DNA of 20,000 nucleotides from Halocafeteria seosinensis (taxonomy: Eukaryota), in contig LVLI01000055.1 of the NCBI GenBank assembly GCA_001687465.1, forward strand, positions 49,483 to 69,482, written 5' to 3'. Position 1 is the first letter of the stretch, and each line of letters begins with the position of its first letter. The notes beneath the pieces are model-generated. The model searched no databases. It was given only the letters and a program-made list of their open reading frames with translations, and was not told where the DNA came from. The position numbers were made by a program, and so were the translations under genes. Shown here piece by piece: positions 1 through 8,680 of this stretch.

Positions 1-1371
1 CATCGACAACAAGCGGGATGTTGTGCTCCTTGGTTATTCTTCTAAGTTCCTTCAAGGCGTAGGCACTCATTGGCTGCACTCCGCCTTCACCTTGGATGGC
101 TTCCATTACGACACACGCTGGTTTAGGGATACCAGATTCATCGTCTGTTAGACAAGTTTCGATGTACCGCATCACAGCCTTCTCTCCTTCTTCAGCGTCC
201 ATTCCGAATCTGCATGATAGATGAAAACTCGTCGTTGAAAGATGTACAGCTCGTGGTTTCAAAAAAACGCTAACATACGGCTGTCTGTAAGGATAGGGGT
301 AGGGGAAGAAGTGAACATCAGTCATAAGACCTTGTACAGCATTCTTGGCACCGAGATTGCCCATCATTGCCAAGGGAGCTTGTCCGTGACCGTGATATCC
401 TCCATGGAACGAAATCACTGAGCGGCGTCCTGTGGCAATTTTGCACATTTTGACAGCGGCATCCAAACAATCAGTTCCAGCGGGAGACGGGAAGTGTAGA
501 CGAGTCAATTCCTTGGGAAGAACACTTGCCAAGTCAGTCATGAATTTATCCTTCCACGGAGTGGCCATGTCAAGATGTTGCAACGGTGCCTTACTGTCCA
601 AGTACTGCATTTTCAACCGACGAGACGCGAAGGTAATTTTCACCGCAAAATATCCAACGAGTAACAAAGCGAAATACAGTTCACACTTACGCTTCTAATG
701 GCATCATGGAGAACTGGGTGGTTGTGGCCCAAAGCTAGAGTTCCAGCCACTCCCAAGCAGTCATAGTACTGCTTTCCATCGGTATCTGTGAGGATGATAC
801 CTTCGGCTTTCTCAATAGCAAAGGGGAACTTTCGCACATATCCACGTGCATTCGATTCACGGAGGGCCGAGTTCTGTATGGAATAGAATCGACAAAAGTG
901 ACTTCCTGTGGGCGAGAAAACTACAAAAAAGGCCTGGGTTATTCCGTTCCCCAGAACACCCCTGCCCGCGGAACTGAAGTGAAATTTCAGAACACAAGGG
1001 GCGGTTCCATAAGAGCTTCGGAACAGGTGCTTCAAAATCACTGATTTTGAGCCCTTCATGAGCCACACAGAGCAGAGAACGAAACTAGAGAAAGTGATCT
1101 AACGCATGCATACCTTGAGAATTTCGTTCTGAGAAAGGAAAGGGCACTTGCCGGCATTTCCGTCGACGGGAGACTTTTGCGTCACATGGGGTCCAAAGGC
1201 GGATACACCATGCTTTTCTTCCAATGCGTCCAAGTTCTTGGTCAAGTAGCCGACAGGACCTTTGTTGTTGACTGTGGAAGCAGCTCGACGAGCAAGAGAA
1301 GGCCCTTGCTGGCGAGAAGTGCTCATTAAAGAGCGTGAAACACTACGGGTCGCCATGGAAGCAGCTGCCAT
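1..1371 (-). CDS. ectB: Diaminobutyrate--2-oxoglutarate aminotransferase (class III PLP aminotransferase, EctB function, Dat/PvdH-like sequence type), 3'-truncated by the window edge, with an N-terminal mitochondrial-type presequence
   Basis: Inferred exons are 1371-1114, 873-691, 604-279 and 209-<1, with GT..AG introns 1113-874, 690-605 and 278-210; the frame is maintained across all three. The spliced protein contains RESNARGYVRKFPFAIEKAEG, YDCLGVAGTLALGHNHP, LDMATPWK, GRRSVISFHGGYHG, FFPYPYPYR, KPACVVMEAIQGEGG and IPLVVD(E), all typical of DABA aminotransferases. The catalytic Lys lies beyond the window. The ectB label rests on the ectA/ectC context. Confidence 0.9.
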
Positions 1372-1811
1372 TTTCACTGTTCAAAATTGAACGATTCGCG
1401 CAGTAAAACAGACAAGCGATTCAAAGCTTGGAATCAGTTGAAGGACAATTTTTTCTTTCGGAGAAGTTGACTTTGTGTCAAACACCTGAACTGGCTCAAT
1501 AATGGAATCTACGTCACTAGGCTGTTCCCGCGTTTGTGAAGTTGGAAATGGGGTGGACCGTCCCCCACGGGGCCCCACCGTGGACGCGAAATTGAAATAC
1601 TCAGCATTGGAGAATTCACTCGTTTCCTTTTGTTAAGAGCTAAAAGCTGCAATCAGGAGACAGGGTCGCTGCTCTTTGAACGACATACAGTTGATTGGTA
1701 ACATGATGTCTCAGTATCAAAGAAGGCAAACGGAGGATGCTGTAGACAGTACTGAGACGTATTCATTGCTTTGTTGGTGCCCTGTGGAAAACAGCGACTA
1801 ATATACGTGCA

Positions 1812-1827
1812 TTAATGACGTCATTAA
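1812..1827. promoter_or_regulatory. Perfect 16-bp palindrome TTAATGACGTCATTAA with a CRE core (TGACGTCA) in the ectB/aspartokinase divergent intergenic region
   Basis: The palindrome is read directly from the sequence. TGACGTCA is the established ATF/CREB bZIP site; function here is inferred. Confidence 0.45.
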
Positions 1828-1875
1828 CACGCCATATAGGTTGTACTATTGGAGGCTGCATGTCGAGTCATCACG

Positions 1876-1885
1876 GCCACGTGGC
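1876..1885. promoter_or_regulatory. 10-bp palindromic G-box/E-box GCCACGTGGC in the ectB/aspartokinase intergenic region
   Basis: The palindrome is read directly from the sequence, about 50 bp from the CRE palindrome; function is inferred. Confidence 0.35.
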
Positions 1886-2211
1886 ACACCGTCTTCCGCC
1901 TTATTTCATTGACTGCTGCCAGAATGCCCGGAACTATCCATACAGACGATACAAAAATGTACCCGACATGGCTACAACGCTTCTGGTAGATTACAGACAA
2001 AAGGACACCACGCAGTTGCCAATTGCTGACTCGCCCGGACTCCGGACTCCGGAGCCACCTTCACAAGTGAAGTGATTGACGAATCCTCTGACACAAACTC
2101 AAATTCTCAGGGATTGTTGAGGTCCGGATTTTGAACGTTTATCGTATTCACACTGTGTTTTATCGTCCTATATTTGTTGCGTACATATACAGCAACTCTT
2201 ATAACAGAAAA

Positions 2212-4234
2212 ATGTTGTCCAGTATTGCCCGTAATACTTTAAAAACCAGCAGATTCCTCTCTGCTCGGCCGTTTTCACAGGCTGCTGCCTCCGATCCCAT
2301 CCTCCAGTCCACCGACAGCGCTCAGTATCCTCGCGAGACCCTTGCCAGAAAAGTAATGAAGTTCGGAGGATCTTCTGTTGGTAATGCCGAGGCTTTATAT
2401 CGCGTTGCTGAGATTCTACGCAACGAGAAAGAGGAAGGAAACGAGTAAGTTGAAGGCTCTGAGGTGTTCTCCCAAAAACTACAAAAAGGGAAACCCGGGG
2501 GGAACAGGCAAGGTGTTCCGACTTGTGAGGGATATTTTTTTGAAATACCTCAGCTATAGCCGTCATTTTATAAGGGTTGCAATGGCGATACGAAGCTGGA
2601 AGTGCGATGCTACGATGCAAAAATGACTTGTCTATTCGGTGACGGTGTTTGAATCGCGTCTTAGGGGCTCGGAAAGGGGCAAAGACGATCTGGATACGTC
2701 TTAAACCTAGATGCGGAAGGCCGGTGCAACCTAGGGAGCATATGGTTCTTAGGCCTTTTACAAGTGTTTGATGGCTCTATATTCACGCTATTTACTCGTC
2801 TATGTTTGATGTTTTTGTGTACAGGCTTGTGGCTGTATTGAGTGCCATGTATGGCGTCACTGATCGCCTTGTAAACTCGGTAAAATATGCCGAACGAGGT
2901 GAAATGGACCCCGTCGGGAAGAACAGCGATGAGATCAAACTCTACCATGAGCGCACCATTGACTTAATGCTGGGTGACACCCCTTGGGCATCAAATGCCT
3001 GCAAGGAATATCTCCATGACACCATGCACGTAAGTAGTAATCCAGTGGAAGTAGAGCGACCGTTAGTGAAGTGAAGTCGGAAAACCGGGGTCAGGTTCAG
3101 GGGGAGTTAAAGGGGGAAAGCATTGAATTGTGTCAGACCCGGAGATGGGGATAGTGTTGTTAACTGACTATTTACCAAGGCAACTTGCACAAGCCATCTA
3201 GCAGACATCTAACCTGTTTTTGAATATTGTTGAACTTGCAGCAATGGTATGACCAAGTGCTCAACAACATTGCCGAGAAACAATCGTTCAATGACTACGA
3301 CATGGATCGTGTCAGCTCTATTGGCGAGAGACTGAGCAACTTTGTAATGAGTGCTTACTTGCGCAGCAGAGGAACTGGAAGCCACTTTGTCTCGGCTGAC
3401 CAGCTAATTGTCACCTGCGGCACCCACGGTAATGCTGAACCCGATCTTCAAGCCACCAGAGCACGTGTGGCCCAGCATTTGGAACCCTTGTTACAAGACT
3501 CCGTCCCATGCGTTACTGGTTTCTTTGGAGCTGGACCCAATGGCAAGGTTACTACCTTCGGACGTGGTGGATCTGACCTAACCGCTGCCGTTCTGGCCAA
3601 CACATTACGCGACGTCGGTGAAATGATTCTCTGGAAAGTGGAATGTGAAAAGAGAGACGATGGGTGGCTGAAGGAATGGAAGCCAGGTTTTACTGGTGTC
3701 GTTCATGATGCTGATGTGGACTATACTATCCCCGAGCTGTCTTATGACGACGCAGCTCAGCTCGCCGCTTTCGGAAAGAAAGTGCTCCACCCGTCTACTG
3801 TGTTTCCCGCCATCGAGAAGGACATTCCCGTTTATGTGAAAAATACAATCGACCCTAATCACCCCGGTACAAAGATCCACAGTGATGTCGACACCGACGT
3901 TCAGCCGGTTTCATCGATTACGAAAGCTGAGTTCAACTTCTGTGAACAAAAGCACGAGATACAAATGGGTGATTTCGATTGGGACAACTTGGGCGTTGGA
4001 CCCGATAACGCCGGCGTAGTCGTGCTCGTTGGAAACGGCGTCTACCGGAGTGTTGAGCTCCGAAAACAAATCTCGGCCGTTCTTGATGACAATAACATCA
4101 AGAAACACTTTCCTGTGCGAGTGAATGGAAGTGAAAATAACTTCTGTGTTGTGGTACCTAAATCGGAGATGAAGACTGCCGTCAAATTGCTACATAAGCA
4201 TATCATTGGATGGAGTGAATCCGACACTGAATAA
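2212..4234 (+). CDS. ask: Aspartokinase (about 476 aa) with a mitochondrial-type presequence and a short C-terminal ACT-like region
   Basis: Inferred exons are 2212-2444, 2825-3029 and 3242-4234 (introns 2445-2824 and 3030-3241, GTAAGT..CAG). Motifs: VMKFGGSSV, VAVLSAMYGVTDRL, SIGERLS, VTGFFG, TTFGRGGSDLTAA, LSYDDAAQLAAFGKKVLHP and IPVYVKNTIDPNHPGTKI. Confidence 0.93.
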
Positions 4235-4598
4235 GTGAGGATTGGAATGTGCCATCCTACTTGTACGTTTAATATTGGCTTCTTGGTTTAAAAATTGCCA
4301 TAAGTGTAAGTTCGATTACGAAAAACAATAATTTAAAGGACTCCTCTGGTTTTCTTTTACCGCCCTCAAATATCGAGGGCGAAGGTCGGCACGAATATAA
4401 TATTCGTAAATGCCGACACCCGTGGAACCGATGGCCATTGCTTTGTGATGGTTGTCTAATTTCCACATGAAAATGAAGTACGCTTCTCCCTAATACACTA
4501 ATTAACGCGCTGTACACTGATACGTACCCGAAGCCAGTGTATTATTTTTGCTTGCACGAGATCATCTGCGTTTCTATCAAGCACTTCACTAACACCTC

Positions 4599-5471
4599 TC
4601 ACTTTCCTGTGGCTTTCTCTTCCAGCTGTCGTACGGCTTCATTGATTTGGTCGTAGTTAAATGGGCCTATGTGGAAATGGTCCTCGGCCTCGTGACCTAC
4701 TCCATCGGGGAAGTCTTCTTCCTTGATCCAGGATTCTGTAATTTTCACATCTACTCCAGCCCGACGTCCAACCCCTTGGAAGAGGTTCCGAGAGGCTTCA
4801 TTAGTTGGTGTGACTGTTGCTTGGACATGTGTGACCCCTTCAGGACAAAGACGACGCGCAAGATGAGCTATCATCCTGCCTGCAATTCCTCGTCCGCGGG
4901 CTTTTTCGCCGACTCCGACTTGCCATACAAAAATGGCATGGCGTTCACGTGGGGGTCGGTACCCTTTAATAAAGCCAATAATTTCACCATCGAGTTCAGC
5001 CACTGCATATGTACCATCTTGTCTTGAATGGCCCTTGTATCTCGACGGGGAACCAAGGCAGGAGGAACGCACCTATACATTCATCCTGGAAATGCTTGCA
5101 GAAAGCTATATACGCGTACGCTGAATTGTTATCCAAAGTACCACTAAAGACGATATCACACCTGCAATAATTACACCCAATTAACTCAGTACAGGCAATG
5201 ACTGGAACAGGCAGTCAAGGGAAGCTTACATTCCCTTTGCATCGAGCGCTGTAGGCGCTCGAAATGTCACTCCATCTTCCGATTTGGCATCTATGAATCG
5301 TTGTTGCTCATAGTTCCCGACGGAGGAAGTATTGGAAGCAAAGCACCTCTGTATGGAGTGCACACGAGAACCAAGTATCCCGGAACAGGCTTCCTGGAGG
5401 GGTAATATCCCACTTCTCCGTGTCCATTGCGCTACTGCCTTCTGGAGGCTTTTCCGCGGGAAAGCTCTCAT
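4599..5471 (-). CDS. ectA: L-2,4-diaminobutyrate acetyltransferase (GNAT family, about 244 aa) with a mitochondrial-type presequence
   Basis: Inferred exons are 5471-5230, 5161-5073 and 5002-4599 (introns of 68 and 70 nt). The spliced protein reads FRAPTALDAKGMCDIVFSGTLDNNSAYAYIAFCKHFQDECIVAELDGEIIGFIKGYRPP..IFVWQVGV..ARGRGIAGRM..ATVTPTNEASRNLF..HEAEDHFHIGPF. This matches the EctA signatures LDxNSxYxY, FVWQVAV and HExE...IGPF. Confidence 0.93.
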
Positions 5472-5721
5472 AGTCTTTGTGCAGTACCTGGTGTTAACTC
5501 AGTCACATGTATAAACCGAAAACAAGGCAATCCGGCGTTGTATCATTGAAGTGAACTCTGGAGGCAGTGTTCCTAGGTGCATCGCATTCACAAGTACACT
5601 GAGGGGGAGAGGGTCTATAATAGCCCATTGCCATTAGTATATATCGACAGAATAGGATTGTTAGTTCTACAGATTCCGCACGTGGAAGTGAAGAGAGAAA
5701 AAGAAGAATTATTACGCAAGA

Positions 5722-6542
5722 ATGTCGTTCATAGCAGCATCAGTTGGGCGTCGTGGTGCTCCAGGAATTGTCCGTAGAGCTCTAGGGACTTGGAATGCGC
5801 CACAAATGCAGCAAAAGCGCGGGTTCATCCATCGGACGTTTGAGGATGTCAAGGAGGCAGGAAACCACCACATTGCGGCCTCGGGAACATGGGAGAGCCG
5901 AAGATACTTGCTTCGCAAAGACGGAATGGGCTTCTCCTTCCACCATACAATCCTGTATGAAGGTAAGGTGTTGCATTGGAACCGACTTGTCGATGCTTTT
6001 ATGACGGATTCTCCGTCCAGGTACTTCGACCCTGATATGGTATCGCAACCATGTGGAGGCGGTATTTATTACCCAAGGCGAAGGAGAGATCGAACTTGTG
6101 GATGAGAACCAAAAGGTATGGGACACTGACGCGCTGGATTTGGATCAGCACATTTTGTTTGAGACCATCAATGCGAGTCTACTGTCGTACCACAGGAAGG
6201 AGAAGGAGTGGTATATCCCTTGAAACCTGGAACTCTTTACGGCTTGAACGGCCACGAGCGCCACTACCTAAGAGCTACCAAGGGAGATTTGCACGTAGCA
6301 TGGTAAGACTGGTATCTGCATCAAGCTCTAGTCCATTAAATTTTATGATTGTTTTGCGTTCTCCTTCTCTTTCAAACCTATGCAGTGCATTCAATCCCCC
6401 TGTTGCGGGATCTGAGGACCACAATGATCAAGGTGTATACCCTGTTGTGGATGATGCTGACAACAAAATCTACGATTACAGCGTTGATGATTTGCAAGAA
6501 CTGATCAAGCCTCCTCAGGTAATGGCCAATAAGAAGAAATAG
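5722..6542 (+). CDS. ectC: L-ectoine synthase (cupin, about 199 aa) with a mitochondrial-type presequence
   Basis: Inferred exons are 5722-5962, 6021-6115, 6196-6302 and 6386-6542 (introns of 58, 80 and 83 nt). The spliced protein reads WESRRYLLRKDGMGFSFHHTILYEGTSTLIWYRNHVEAVFITQGEGEIE..PGTLYGLNGHERHYLRA..CAFNPPVAGSEDHNDQGVY. These are EctC signatures, with the Glu/Tyr/His metal-ligand positions apparently retained. Confidence 0.95.
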
Positions 6543-6777
6543 GCATGTCGCCTACTACTAGGTAGCTGGAACTCAAATAAATTCAAGTGAACCACTGTTT
6601 TAATACTCTGCAAAGTAAAGCTGCAGCTGGTCTTGGACCATTCCCATCACATAGCAAAGAGACGAAACCGTCAATGAAACCTATACCATCAGCAAGGGGG
6701 AGCCCACCCAGCGGGTATTTCAGACTCCGTGGCAGTTCAGTAAACCCAGCAATAGACGACTGAGTTTCTCAAGTGGT

Positions 6778-7986
6778 TTACTTTTGGCACACCTTCTTGT
6801 GCCGGTCAAAGTCAGCTTTCTTACACTTTTTATTGCAGTAGTATGCTTTGCGGCATTTGTTGCAAGCATTCGTTGCCCCAGGACTTTTGCAATGCATGCA
6901 ATGGCTATTTTCTTCTTCATCGTTGTCCGGGCAACAGTCAGAAGTCGTTGCTTCCGTGCTACCACTTTGTGGGCTTCTCATTCCACGCTTTGCCCTGCGA
7001 ATAAAAGGGAGAATTTGCGGTACCAATAATGAAGCCACACGCTCTGGCGTCATCGTTCCTGATGAATCCTTGCGAAAAGGATCCGCCCCAGCTTCCAATA
7101 GAAACTTGGAAGCTTCGAAATTGCCAGCCATGAGCGCACTCAATAAAGGCACATCCAGGAAGCGGTTCGGCATATTAGGATCAGCTCCAAATTGGAGTAA
7201 GATGCGTGCGAGATCGAGTCTGGGAATTCTCGTTGCGGCATGATAAAACGCCGTGTAGCCTCCACCGTCCTTCGCATCAACTCGACACCAACCGTTTTGC
7301 AGTACTAGCCGTAAGATTTCCTCGTGCTGTAACGGCTTGAAGTGATCACGAATATAATGCATTCTCTGAGATCCAGATACAATAAGTGACGTTAATGGAG
7401 TCCGTACAACCCAGCTACGCAGGTGTGCGTGCTTAGGAGCGTCAAAGTTCTCCTTGAAAGTCTGCAGATCCCCTTTGAAGGCAGCAACATGAGCAACACT
7501 TGGAAGTTCAGCAAGCGCTTCTTTTGTATGCATACGTGCCCCTTCTTCACCTTGCACTTTCCTCAAATCAGCAGCAGGACTGCCTGGCATTAAACCTGGA
7601 ACAAAGGATTGATCTCCATTGTCCATTTCGTAAAACTCCTCAAGTGTAGTCCGCAGACTTCTGTCGTCCGGCAGGTTTCGGATTCCTCTTATCAATGCTT
7701 CTTCGGCACGCGCGGGGATACCCAAAGTATAATAGGCTCGATACTGTCGAATGTAGGCCTTGGGAAAGGTGGGATCGAGAGTCTCTGCCTTGATACCGTC
7801 TTCCAGAGCCTCGGACACTTGGCCGCTTTTGAACAAAGCCGCCGATCGATTGCCGCGCAGGGTTGCAGAGTTATCCCCCAGTTCGATGGCTTTGTTGTAC
7901 AATTCGACGGCTTGGGCAAACTCCCCTTTCAGGAAGCACCGATTGGCTTGTTCCTTTACTTCCGCTGCATCAGCTTCAGTTCCCAT
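6778..7986 (-). CDS. TPR + ankyrin repeat + MYND zinc finger protein (402 aa, single exon)
   Basis: It has N-terminal STI1-like TPRs (KEQANRCFLKGEFAQAVELYNKAIEL..NRSAA..KAYIR) and ankyrin repeats (GYTAFYHAA..LLQFGADPN, LLEAGADP). The C-terminal MYND finger reads CMHC..CNKCRKAYYCNKKCKKADFDRHKKVC. Confidence 0.85.
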   Translation of the reverse strand: MGTEADAAEVKEQANRCFLKGEFAQAVELYNKAIELGDNSATLRGNRSAALFKSGQVSEALEDGIKAETLDPTFPKAYIRQYRAYYTLGIPARAEEALIRGIRNLPDDRSLRTTLEEFYEMDNGDQSFVPGLMPGSPAADLRKVQGEEGARMHTKEALAELPSVAHVAAFKGDLQTFKENFDAPKHAHLRSWVVRTPLTSLIVSGSQRMHYIRDHFKPLQHEEILRLVLQNGWCRVDAKDGGGYTAFYHAATRIPRLDLARILLQFGADPNMPNRFLDVPLLSALMAGNFEASKFLLEAGADPFRKDSSGTMTPERVASLLVPQILPFIRRAKRGMRSPQSGSTEATTSDCCPDNDEEENSHCMHCKSPGATNACNKCRKAYYCNKKCKKADFDRHKKVCQK

Positions 7987-8680
7987 AATGTGTTGACGTT
8001 TAAGGTTCTGCCGGCACTGGCCGTGATGATGTTGGTACCACAGTGTACAAATATACGAAGTAGTAGTTCAAGTAGAATTATGTCGGACTATCATGTCTGA
8101 CAAACAAACACGTTGTATGCGTCCATTGTGCTTGTGTTTTTAAACAATTTGCAATATGAGCCGCTGGTCAAAGCGGTAAGAATGCACTCTTGTGAAGCAA
8201 AAGTAAAAGCCCGTAAATTAGCGCCGCCGCAGCATAGCGTGCAATGCATGGCAATGCACAGTCTGACAAACCTCTGAGCAGCGCGCGGCATGGCACTTAG
8301 TTGCTTTTTCGGCTGCCTTTACCCTGTCGAGACGGGCCAAACTTTAAACACGTACGACCTCACAGAGCAAGCGTTATGCCATTTCCAGCCATGGTGTTCC
8401 CACCAACCACTCGCGTAGGGCACCTACCCCCCGAACTACGTCCGCGGTCAGCCCAGTGGCAGTGGCACCATGATACTGACCACGAATCGAGGCAATTCCC
8501 GTGTTGAAGTGGTGCTTCACAAAGCACCGCGACCAAAAAAAGCGCGCGTTAACCGCGATACCCAGCTCATTTGCCTCCCCATTCTCTCCATATCCACTCA
8601 TCCGAGTCGATTAGGTTATAAAAATGGGGAAAGAAATGGGCGAAGTCGAGTAGGGGGGAAAAGGTCTTGAAATCTGAGAG

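Noticed and set aside
2035..2053. Short CCGGACT tandem repeat upstream of ask
   Set aside because: Fewer than three full copies of a 7-mer, too short to support a feature.
1815..2075. 86-aa ORF in the ectB/ask intergenic region
   Set aside because: It has no recognisable domain and its ATG lies within the CRE palindrome, so it is likely a chance ORF.
2445..2824. Lysine riboswitch or snoRNA in the long ask intron (or the asd and ectB introns)
   Set aside because: I could not identify a consensus by eye. An Infernal/Rfam search would be needed, and the shared motif's inconsistent orientation argues against an RNA element.
1..6542. Bacterial contaminant operon or frameshifted pseudogenes
   Set aside because: Every ORF break is explained by a GT..AG intron that restores the frame and conserved motifs. 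The genes alternate strands and have presequences.
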